Source: the human T2T-CHM13v2.0 reference genome, Homo sapiens
Assembly: GCF_009914755.1 (NCBI RefSeq)
Contig: NC_060938.1
Length of the DNA: 64,000 bases
Reading direction: 5' to 3' (one strand)
A program made the translations under genes and the position numbers. The notes below the pieces were generated by a model. That model ran no database searches. It saw only the letters and a list, made by a program, of their open reading frames with translations, and was not told the DNA's origin. This document shows positions 13,353-25,000 of this stretch, piece after piece (within the stretch, counting starts at the first letter, position 1; every line of letters starts with the position of its first letter).

Positions 13353-15653
13353 TTTATTCGTTTGTTTTCACACTGCTGATAAAGACATACCAGAGACTGG
13401 GCAGTTTACAAAAGAAAGAGGTTTATCGGACTTACAGTTCCATGTGGCTAGGGAGGTCTCACAATCATGGAGGAAGGTGAATGGCAAGGAGGAACAAGTC
13501 ATGTCTTACATGGATGGCGGCAGGCAAAAAGAGAGCTTGTGCAAGTAGACTCCCATTTTTTTTAAGCTATCAGATCTCATGAGATTCACTGTTATGAGAA
13601 CAGCATGGGAAAGACCCACCCCATGATTCAATCACCTCCCACCAGGTTCTTCCCATGACACATGGGAATTGTGGGAGTTACAATTGAAGATGAGATTTGG
13701 GTGGGGACACAGCCAAACCATATCACTCCACCCCAGCCCCTCCCAAATCACATGTCCTCACATTTCAAACCCAATCATGCCTTCCCAACAGTCCCCGAAA
13801 GTCTTAACTCATTTCAGCATTAATTAAAATGTCCACAGTCCAAAGTCTCATCTGAGACAAGGCAAGTCCCTTCCGCCTATGAGCCTGTAAAATCAAAAGC
13901 AAGTTAGTTACTTCCTAGATACAGTGGGGGTACAGGCATTGGGTAAATACAGCTGTTCTAAATGGGAGAAATTGGCCAAAACAAAGGGGCTACAGGCCCC
14001 ATGCAAGTCTGCAATCTGGTGGGACAGTCAAAGCTTAAAGCTCCAAAATTATCTCCCTTGACTCTATGTCTCACATCTAGGTCACGCTGATGCAAGAGGT
14101 GAGTTCCCATAGTCTTGGGCAGCTTTGCCCCTGTAGTTTTGCAGAGTATAGCCTCCCTCCCGGCTGCCTTCATGGTTTGGCGTTGAGTTTCTGCAGCTTT
14201 TTCAGGCACACTGTACAAGTTGTCAGTGGATCTGCCATTGTGGGGTCTGGAGGATGGTGACTGTCTTCTCACAACTCCACTAGGTCATGCCCCAGTAGGG
14301 ACTCTGGGGGCTCTGACCCCACATTTCTCTTCTGCACTGCCCTAGCAGAGGTTCTTCGTAAGGACCTCGCCCCTACAGCAAACTTCTGCCTGGGCATCCA
14401 GGTATTTCCATACATCTGAAATCTAGGTGGAGGTTCCCAAACCTCAATTCTTGATTTCTGTGCACCCACAAGCTCAACACCATGTGGAAGCTGCCAAGGC
14501 TTGAGGCTCGCTTCACCCTCTGAAGCCATGGCCTGAGCTCTTCATTGGCCCCTTTCAGCCATGGCTGGAGCAGCTGAGGAGCAGGGCACCAAGTCCCTAG
14601 TCTCCACACAACACGGGGACTCTGGGCCCAGCCCAGAAAAATTATATTTTCCTCCTAGGCCTCCAGACCTGTGATGGGAGAGGCTGCCATGAAGACCTCT
14701 GACATGCCCTGGAGACGTTTTCCCCATTGTCTTGGGGATTAACATTCGGCTCCTAGTTACTTATACAAATTTCTGCAGCAGGCTTGAATTTCTCCTCAGG
14801 AAATGGGATTTTCTATTCCTATCACAGTGTTAGGCTGCAAATTTTCTAAACCTTTATGCTCTGCTTCCCTTATAAAACTGAATACCTTTAACCTCTTGAA
14901 TGCTTTGCTGCTTAGAAATTTCTTCTGCCAGGTACCCTAAATCATCTTTCTCAAATTCAAAGTTCCACAAATCTCTAGGGCAGGGACAAAATGCCGCCAG
15001 TCTCTTTGATAAAACATAACAAGAGTCACCTTTGCTTCAGTTCCCAACAACTTCCTCATCTCCATCTGAGACCATCTTAGCCTGGACCTTATTGTTCATA
15101 TCAGTATCAGCATTTTTGTCAAAGCCACTGAAGTCTCTGGGAAGTTCCAAACTTTCCACATTTTCCTGTCTTCTTCTGAGCCCTCCAAACTGTTCCAACT
15201 GCTGCCTGTTACCCAGTTCCAAAGTCACTTCCACATTTTCGGGTATCTTTTCAGCAACGCCACACTCTACTGGTACCAACTTACCGTAATAGTTTGTTTT
15301 CACACTGCTGATAAAGACATACCAGAGACTGGGCAGTTTACAAAAGAAAGAGGTTTATTGGACTTACAGTTCCATCTGGCTAGGAAGGCATCACAATCAT
15401 GGAAGAAGGTGAAAGGCAAGGAGGAACAAGTCGTCTTACATGGATGGTGGCAGGCAAAAAGAGAGCTTGTGGAGAGAGACTCCTGTTATTAAAGCTATCA
15501 GATCTCATGAGACTTATTATCACAAGACCAGCATGGGAAAGACCCACCCCATGATTTAATCACCTCCTACTGGGTTCCTTCCACAACACATGGGAACTGT
15601 GGGAGTTACAATTGAAGATGAGATTTGGGTGGGGACACAGCCAAACCATATCA
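13353..15653 (-). mobile_element. Complete THE1B MaLR element (LTR 13353-13725, internal 13726-15284, LTR 15285-15653), antisense in the last NUBPL intron
   Basis: Two ~370-bp direct repeats ending ggacacagccaaaccatatca; THE1 internal sequence between them; 5-bp TSD attat at 13348-13352 and 15654-15658. Confidence 0.95.
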
Positions 15654-16429
15654 ATTATCAATGTAGAAATTAATGGTTTTAGAAAATTTTACTATTGTGT
15701 TCTACAGTTACTTTTTATGAATAAAGTAGAGGATATAAGTAATTTTGCATTACATTTATTTAAAGGAACTCTTAAAATGCAAATATCATTACCATGCAGG
15801 CATTAGGTTAGCTTGTGGCCCACTCTGTGGCTTAAGAGCTGCTGTTAGTGTCCCATGACACTGGGATCCCAGACATAAAGAGTGTAACAATGGAACTAGG
15901 ATTTTTTGCATGATATCCATTTTTTACCAGGTGAAAGAGCCTATAGGTGCTTGGTGCTGGTATTACACACCATTCTCGGGGAGATGAAGAAAATGCTTTC
16001 CTAAGATAAACTGTAGCATGGTAATAAATAGTCCTCCTTAAAATGACTAACAGCTCTTATGCTAAAGAAGTTTTGGCAGTCTCTAACTCAATATATCAAT
16101 TTTTCAGAGCAAAAAGGTGTAATCTCTCTGCAACTAGACTGGGTTGCTAGTTTGCTGACACCAGAATTAGAATTTGAAAAACAGTAATTTCTGGTACTAA
16201 ATATTACTTCAGAGTCACCTTCCAAATAATTACCCTCCAAATAATCTAAAATTCTTTCTTCCTTGTGCCTCCTGCAATATATACAGCACTATCTTCTCAA
16301 TACTGAATTTCCTCATCTCACTCAGCCTTTTTACTATCAAATACAGTGGGCCTCTATAACAAACAGTTGATGAGTCATTCAATGTCTGCTGAAGAGAAAT
16401 ACAGAACAAATAAGTTTGTTCTTTTCCAG

Positions 16430-16492
16430 GCCAAAGCTTACTTGAGGATTGCTGTGGAAGTGGTAAGAAGATTGCCATCACCTTCAGAATGA
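16430..16492 (+). CDS. NUBPL: NUBPL terminal exon, coding part (exon 11, c.898-960): AKAYLRIAVEVVRRLPSPSE*
   Basis: gttcttttccag|GCC acceptor, phase 0, TGA at 16490-16492; matches the recalled human NUBPL C-terminus. Confidence 0.97.
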   Translation, partial: AKAYLRIAVEVVRRLPSPSE

Positions 16493-17087
16493 TTCCCCAA
16501 GTGTCCTGGAAATTTGCCTGGTACTGACATTAAGAGGACCTTTGGAAATCAGCAATGTGGTGATGGAACCTACAGAAATAATAGAAATCATAACTGTTTT
16601 ATTTCTAAGGAAAGAATGTCTTCATATTTGACTTGCTAAGCTAAGGTTCACAAAACTTTGATGTATCAATGTTAACTGCTATATTTAGGAATTTTTTGAA
16701 AGCTGGTGTGTACCACCTGCAAAGAACTGCATTTTATTTTATTGAATTACCCCTTTAGAAATCACGAGTTTATGATGTTACAAGTCCATTTTGGGAGAGA
16801 ACTGTACACTTTTTGCAGGACCACAGAATTAGTAATTTAAATGATATACTAAATTTGTGTATGGGCATAAGTATTACGCCTTCCCACCAGGCAATTTGGA
16901 CTGTCTTTGAATCCTGTCTTTGGTACTGTCTTGGACATGTTCTTAATATGAACCTCTGCTTCTTCATCTGGATCACACTATACCCCAGACTTAATGAATT
17001 TCAGTCTCCAGGAGTGGAGCCTGAACATATGTATTTTTAGTAAGACCATGATGATGTTGATGATGATTCTGGTAATCATGGCAGTAA

Positions 17088-17290
17088 GAATAATAGCTAA
17101 CATTTAACAAGTTAATTATAATTGTTCTTCCATTTGTGTGAGTGGGTACTATTATCTCCATTTTACAGATAAGTAATTTGAGATATAATTTGAAGGCACT
17201 CAACCTTGAGTGTCTTGCTGAGGGTTACTGTATCTAGCAGGTGATGGAGCTTGGATTTGAACTTGAGTAATTCGATATTAGATTCATCTT
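17088..17290 (-). mobile_element. MIR
   Basis: gtactattatctccattttacagataag..ggagcttggatttgaac. Confidence 0.65.
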
Positions 17291-17334
17291 TTTGTACACC
17301 AATGTGCTTTTGTTAATTAAAAAAAGTCGGTGGT

Positions 17335-17640
17335 GGCTAGGCGTGGTGGCTCACGCCTGTAATCCCAGCACTTTGGGAGGTTGAGGTGGGTGGATCATGA
17401 GGTCAGGAGTTCAAGACCAGCCTGACCAACATGGTGAAACCCCGTCTCTACTAAAAATACAAAAATTAGCTGGGTGTGGTGGCATATGCCTGTAATCCCA
17501 GCTACTCGGGAGGCTGAGGCAGGAGAATCATTTCAACCCGGGAGGCTGAGGTTGCAGTGAGTGGAGATTGTACCACTGCACTCCAGCCTGGTCAATGGAG
17601 TGCGACTCCATCTCAAAAAAAAAAAAAAAAAAAAAAAAAA
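17335..17640 (+). mobile_element. AluSg-like with a pure A tail
   Basis: Full dimer; TSD aaaaaagtcggtgg / aaaaaagtcggggg. Confidence 0.94.
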
Positions 17641-17984
17641 GTCGGGGGAGATGCAATATTTAGCATTTCCTCAAACTTTTTTTGGCCATGAAATCCACCA
17701 CCCCCCTCCTTTTTCAGAGCATTTCATGAAGTTCACATTTCAAATAATACATTTTGAAAAACATTTATCTTGTCTAATTGAAGCTCAAAGAGATAGAGTC
17801 AATGACTTTTCAAAGTCAGGTAGCAGATAGTTTTAAAGCTGCAAGTACTGATAAGTGTGAGCCATTAGTTAATTCGCATTTATAAAGAAGTGGTCTGTCA
17901 CTTTTGGCAAATGTCTTGACATCTGTTGCTCTACAGTTGTCAACTAGAAAATTAGGCATAGAGTTTCACATTATTATAAGCATG

Positions 17985-18525
17985 TTTTCACACAAAAACA
18001 TGTACATTGATGTTTATTGCAATTTTATGTGTAATAACCAAAAACAACCCAGATTTTCTTCATTGGGTAAATGATTAAACAAACCATAGTACATTCATAC
18101 CGTGAGTGCTACTCAGCAATAAAAAAGAACAAACTATGGGTACAGGCAGCAACTTATAATTCCAGAGAATTATGCTGAATGAAAAAGGCCAATTTAAAAA
18201 GGTTTTGTACCAAAAGATTCCATTTATATAACGTTCTTGAAGTGACATAATTATAGAAATGGAGAACAGATTAGTGGTGGCTGTGTTAAGGAGGGGGTGA
18301 GGATGGGAGAGAATTGGGCGTGGCTGTGAGAAACATGAGGGATCCTTGTGATGATGGAAATGTTCTATATCACAGCTATCGATGTCAGTATCCCAGTTGT
18401 GATATTGTGCTATAGTTTTGCAAGATGTTACCACTGGGGGAAATTGGGTGAAGGGCACATGGAATCTCTGTATTATTTCAACTGCATGTAAATCTACAAT
18501 TATCTCAAAATAAAAATAAAAGTTA
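17985..18525 (+). mobile_element. Old L1M (L1MC/MD-type) 3' end
   Basis: cacacaaaaacatgtac..gaattatgctgaatgaaaaaggcc..agattagtggtggc..gtaaatctacaattatctcaaaataaaa. Confidence 0.85.
18509..18520 (+). terminator. Tandem AATAAA poly(A) signals (candidate NUBPL end)
   Basis: AATAAA at 18509-18514 and 18515-18520 at the L1M tail. Confidence 0.55.
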
Positions 18526-20633
18526 AAAAAACACAAACTGCTATATCTGAACTGAAATTTACTGGACCAAATTATACTAATTAATATCATGAATAAAATT
18601 ATTTGTGGACACACTGTAATCATATCACTCTGAGAAGGAAGTAATGACTTAAAGTTTCAGATATTCTTTGTGTATTTATTGTCTGTTGAGGAAGAAGAAA
18701 ATATAGATGATCATTGAGCACTTGTGAATACAAAAAATACTTAAACCAAACTTAACTTTTTTCAAAAAAGAATGACTTAAAGTTGTATGTCACCATTTAA
18801 TACATATCATAGGGAAATGGGAAAGGTGGTCTTTACTCATAAATACATGACCGAGAGAAGATCCACATATAAAATTCCCTGCCCTCTTCTCCTCCTTCTT
18901 TTGACTGTTGTCTGCAGATGCTTCAAGGAAGTCTACTGAAACAAATGGCGGTTGGAATATATATGCAGGTTTAGACATGGAGGAAGGAACAGTAGCTATA
19001 AAACAAGAACTAAGCTTATTCTAAAATTTTGCCACCAACTCCAAAGGTAGACTGAAGTACAGGTAGTTTGCCTGTTTGTTAAGGAGTGATATTTATTTTC
19101 CATTCTTCACATCTCAGTAGAGTGTAAATAAAAGACTGATATTTTGAAAAGGTGAACAAAATTGGCAAACCTTTAGCCAGGCTCATTAAGAAATGAGAGA
19201 AAGAAAGATGACATAAATCAACAAATCAGGAATGAAAAGGAGACATTATTACAGACATGAAAAGGACAATAAGAAAGATTACAAACAACTTTATGCCCAT
19301 TAAATTGAAGACTTAGATGAAATAGACAAATGCTTTGAAAGAAACTACCAAAGCTCACTTATGGAATAGATATATTCCTTTAATATAATTTATGACTGAG
19401 TAGTCATAAATTACTTTTAAAAATATAATTTGTGTTAAGAACCAACAAAGAAAACTCTAGCCCCAGATGCCTTTACTGTCAAAATCTACCCAACATTGAA
19501 TGAAGGAATAATACCAGTTCTACACAAACTTTACCAGAAAATAGAGGGGGCACTTTCCAACTCATTTTGTGAAGCCAGCATTACCCTAATATGCAAACCA
19601 AAGACAAAGACAATACAAGAAAAGAAGAATACAGACAAATGTTCCTCATAAACATAGACAGAAAATTCTTCAACAAATCTTACTTAATTGAATCCAGCAT
19701 TATATAAAAGGATAATACATATGACTACAAGGTCATTTTCCTGGGAACACAAGGTTGGTTCAACATTTGAACATCAATCAATGTATGGCAGATTCAAGAA
19801 GAAACAGTAAAGCAAAACAGACTAAAGAAAAAAAGCATGTTTATTTGAATAGGTATAGACCAAGCATATAACAAAACTGAACATTCATTTGCAATAAGAA
19901 TTAGCAAACTAGAAATAGAAAACAACTTTTTCAACCTAATAAAAGGCATCAACAAAGAACTACAACTAACATTATTGCTAATGGTGAAAGACCTACTGCA
20001 AGGCTGTCCAAGCTCACCATTTTATTCATTATCATACCTAAGGTCTTTCCTAGTGCAATAGAAAAAGAAATAAAGGCATATAGATTAGAAAGGAAGAAAT
20101 AAAACCATCTCTGTTCACACACAAATTGATTGTCTATGGAGAACATTCCAAATAATATACACAAAAGCAACTAGAACTAATACATGGATTTAGCAGAGAT
20201 GCAGTATGCAAGGTCGACATACAAAACCAATTTTATTTCTGTATACTAGCAATAAACAATTAGAAATTGAATGAAAAAAGTTCGATTTATAGCACCCAAA
20301 AAACCATGAAATATTTACATGTAAATATAATAAGATATGTAAAAAATCTGTTATTCTGACAACTACAAAACACTAATGAAGAAATCAAAGAAAACATTTA
20401 GGTGGTGAGACATACCATGTTCAAAGTTTGGAAGACTCAACATGTTTAAAATATCTATTCTCCCCAAATTGATCTATATCCAATGTGATTTCTGTCAAAA
20501 TCCAACAAGACTCTTACTGAAATTGACAACTTGATTCTAACATTTTCACGTAACTAGAGTGTCCAGAATAGCCAAATTATTTTGAACAAAAAAAGATTAA
20601 AGTTTAGGAACTTACACCACCTGATTTGAAGAG

Positions 20634-20934
<301 letters not shown>

Positions 20935-21747
20935 TGAAGACTTATTATAAAGCTACAGTAATCAAGGCAATGTGGTATTGGTGTAAAGATAGAAATATAG
21001 ATCCATGGGACAGAGTTCAGAAACAGACATACACAGATATGATAACTTGATTTCCAACAAAGGTACCAAAGCAATTCATTGGAGAATGGATGACTTTCCA
21101 GCACTTGTGCTTGAATGATGAGACATCTTTTTACAAAGAAATAAACTTTGCCAACTTCTAGATATAAAAACACATCAAAATGGATCATAGACCTAAATAT
21201 AAAATCTAAAACTATGACACTTCTAAAAGAAAAACATAGAGGAAAATCTTCATGATCTTGAGTTATGCAAAAATAAGACACAAAAATCCTGATTAAACAA
21301 TAACAGAAAAAGTAGATAACTTGTATTTCATCAAAACTAAAACTTAACTGTTTGAAAGACACAGTTAAGAAAATCAAAGGCAATTTATAGACTAGGAGAA
21401 AACATTTGTGAAACATGTCTGATGAAGAGTTTAAAATATATAAAGAATACGTACAACTGATTAATAAGACAACCCAATTTAAAATGGGTGAAGGATTTCA
21501 ATAGACACTTCGCCAAAGAAGAGATATCATTGACAAATAACATGAAAATGCTCAATGTTTTTAGTCATTAGGGAGATGCAAATTAAAACCACAATGGAAT
21601 ACCACTACAAAGCCACTAAAATTGCTATGATTAAAAAGATTGGCAATACGAAGTGCTGAAGATGATGTGGATCCCCTGGAAATCTCATACCCTGTTGGTG
21701 GGAATGGGAATGTAAAATAATACCACTTTGGAAACAGTCTGGCATGC

Positions 21748-21884
21748 TTTTTTTTTTTTTTTTTTTTTTTGGACACAGGATCTCTCTGTTTCCCAGGCTG
21801 TTTTCAAACTCCTGGGCTCATGCAGGTCTCTCACCTTGGCATCCCAAAGTGTTAGGATTACACGCATAAGCCTCCATGCCTGGT
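21748..21884 (-). mobile_element. Alu monomer (FLAM-like)
   Basis: Poly-T followed by a single left arm: tcccaggctg..caaactcctgggctca..cccaaagtgttaggattac. Confidence 0.8.
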
Positions 21885-22069
21885 TCTGTTACACTCTTAA
21901 AGAGTTAAAAGATGCACATACCCTATAATTAAATATTATGCTCCTAGATATTTACCCAAGACAAAACAGACACATATTTGCATGAAGACTTACACACATG
22001 TTCCTATCAACTTTGTTTATAATATCCAAAAGCTGGAAACAACTCCAATATGCATCAAAAGGTGAATGG

Positions 22070-25000
22070 GAATGTCCTGAATGGAAGATCATCATGGCGG
22101 ATAGGAGGCAGGACTAGATTGCACCTCAGACTCAGACGGACAGAGCAGCGTGCAGAGGCTCGCATTGTGAATTTTAGCTCCAGAATGACTGCAAGAACAA
22201 ACCAGGAATTGCAATAAGACCCACAGACCCTCTGAAGGAAGCAACTGCTTCTGCAGGACCCAGGAGACACCCCTAATATTGTGAGTGTCCCGACTGCGGA
22301 AGTGGGAAAGAGAGATCCTCTTCTCCCAAACACATCACCCTCACTGGGGAAACGGAAGGTCTGTTTGCGGGAGAAGTCTCCAACCTTACCAGGAGCTGAG
22401 TCAATTTAGAGAGCCAAGCGAAATACAGGGGTAGAGGAAGCAGCAGGAAAGGTGCTTGGAGTTCTCTGGGTCCCCAAGCAAATCATTCCTGCCTGTCACC
22501 ACAGAGATCCATCGGGAGGGCGGCCAGAGGCACAGGAGAAAATGCCACAGGGAGAAGGAAATCTCCAGCTGAACTTTGAAACAATTTGACCTGGGCAAGA
22601 AGCCTCCTGGCCATAACTCAGGGGAGGGTATGAATGTGGTGTACAGACTCCACAGGTAGGAGAAGAGCCAAGCCCTTTTCTTTCTCAGCTTAGGGGCAGG
22701 TAGCCCAAGGCAAGTTCTCAAGTCTTGTTCACCCACTGCCTGGAAACAGACTCAGGGCTGTTGCGGGGGGCACAGTGGGAGTGAGACCGGCCATTTGGAT
22801 TGTCTGGGAGCTGGGTGAGGCTTGTGACTGCCGGCTTTCCCCTACCTCCCTGACAACCTACATGACTCAGCAGAGGCCAGCCATAATCCTCCTAGGTACA
22901 CAACTCCACTAACCTGGGAACCTTGCCCCCATCCCCCATAGCAGCCACAGCGAGACCTGCCCAAGGAGAGTCTGAGCTCAGACATGCCTAGCCCTGCCCC
23001 AACTTGATGGGCCTTCCTATCTACCCTGGTAGCTGAAGGCAAAGGACATATACCCTTGGGAGTTCTAGGGCCCCGCCCATCGCCAGTTCCTCTCCATACT
23101 ACCACAGCTGATGCTCTCTGGGAAGTGCCACCTCCCAGCAGCAGGCCAATCAGCACAAAAATAGAACATTAAACCACCAAAGCTAAGAACCCTCAGAGAA
23201 TCCATTTCACCCCCCTGCCACCTCCACTGGAACAGAAGCTGGCATCCACAGCTGAGAGACCCATAGACGGTTCACTTCACAGGACTCTATGCAGACAACC
23301 CCCAGTACCAGCCTGGAGCTGGGTAGACTTGCTCGGTGGCTAGATCCAGAAGAGAGATAACAATCACTGCAGCTTAGCTCACAGGCAGCCATATCCATAG
23401 GAAAAGGGGGAGAGTACTACATCAAGGGAACACACCGTGGGACAAAAGGATCTGAATAGCCTTCAGCCCTAGACCTTCCCTCTGAGAGAGCCTACCCAAA
23501 TAAGAAGGAACCAGAAAACCAACTCTGGTAATATGACCAAAAAAAAAGGCTTTTAACACCCCCCCGCCTCCCAAAATCACACTAGTCCACCAGCAATGGA
23601 TCCAAACCAAGAAGAAATTTCTGATTTACCTGTAAAAGAATTCAGGAGGTTAGTTATTAAGCTAATAAGCAAGGCACCAGAGAAAGGTAAAGCCCAATGC
23701 AAGGAAATTCAAAAATCAATACAAGAAGTGATGGGACAATTATTCAAGGAAATAGATAGCATAAAGAAAAAATCAAAACTTTAGGAAAATGTGGACAAAC
23801 TTACAGAAATGCAAAATGCTCTGGAAAGTCTCAGCCATAAAATTGAACAAGTAGAAGAAAGAAATTCAGAGCTCAAAGACAAGGTCTTTGAATTAACCCA
23901 GTTCAACAAAGACAAAGAAAAAAGAATAAGAAAATATGAACAAACCCTCCAAGAAGTCTGGGATTATGTTAAACGACCAAAACTAAGAATAATCAGTGTT
24001 CCTGAGGAAGAAGAGAAATCTAAAAGTTTGGAAAACATATTTGGGGGAATAATTGAGGAAAACGTCCCCAGTCCTTGCTAGAGACCTAGACATCCAAATA
24101 CAAGAAGCACAAAGAACACCTGGGAAATTCATTGCGAAAAGATCATCACCTAGGCACACTGTCATCACTTTAGCCAAAGTTAAGATGAAGGAATCTTAAG
24201 AGCTGTGAGACAAAAGCAACAGGTAACCTATAAAGGAAAACCTATCAGATTAAGAGCAGATTTCTCAGAAGAAACCCTACAAACCAGAAGGGATTGGGGC
24301 CCTATCTTCAGCCTCCTCGAACAAAACAATTATCAGCCAAGAATTTTGTATCTAGCAAAACTAAGCATCATATATAAAGGAAAGGTACAGTCTTTTTCGG
24401 AAAAACAAATGCTGAGAGAATTTGCCACTACCAAGCCACCTCTACAAGAACTGCTAAAAGGAGCTCTAAATCTTGAAACTAATCCTGGAAACACACATCA
24501 AAACAGAACCTCTTTAAAGCATAAATCTCACAGGACCTATGAAACAAAACTACAAGTTAAAAAGCAAAAACAAACAAAAACAAGGTACACAAGCAACGAA
24601 TAGCATGATGAATGGAATGGTACCTCACATCTCAATACTAACATTGAATGTAAATGGCCTAAATGCTCCACTTAAAAGATACAGAACTGCAGGATGGATA
24701 AGAACTCACCAACCAACCATCTGCTGCCTTCAGGAGACTCACCTAACACATAAGGACTCACTTAAAGTAAAGGGGTGGAAAAAGGCATTTCATGCAAATG
24801 GACATCAAAAGTGAGCAGAGGTAGCTATTCTTATGTCAGACAAAACAAACTTTAAAGCAACAGCAGTTAAAAGAGACAAAGAGGGACATTATATAACAGT
24901 AAAAGGCCTTGTGCAGTAAGAAAATATCACAATCCTAAACATATCTGCACCTAACACTGGAGCTCCCAAATTTACAAAACAATTACCAATAGACCTAAGA

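Larger units (their letters stand above)
16493..18540 (+). other. NUBPL: Probable NUBPL 3' UTR (~2 kb; contains MIR, Alu and an L1M 3' end)
   Basis: Follows the stop codon; first AATAAA seen at 18118, tandem AATAAA at 18509/18515; exact end is inferred. Confidence 0.6.

Noticed and set aside
13958-15303. ORF cluster inside THE1B
   Set aside because: Broken remnants of the MaLR internal ORF.
18075-18623. 182-aa minus-strand ORF
   Set aside because: Antisense of an L1M 3' end.
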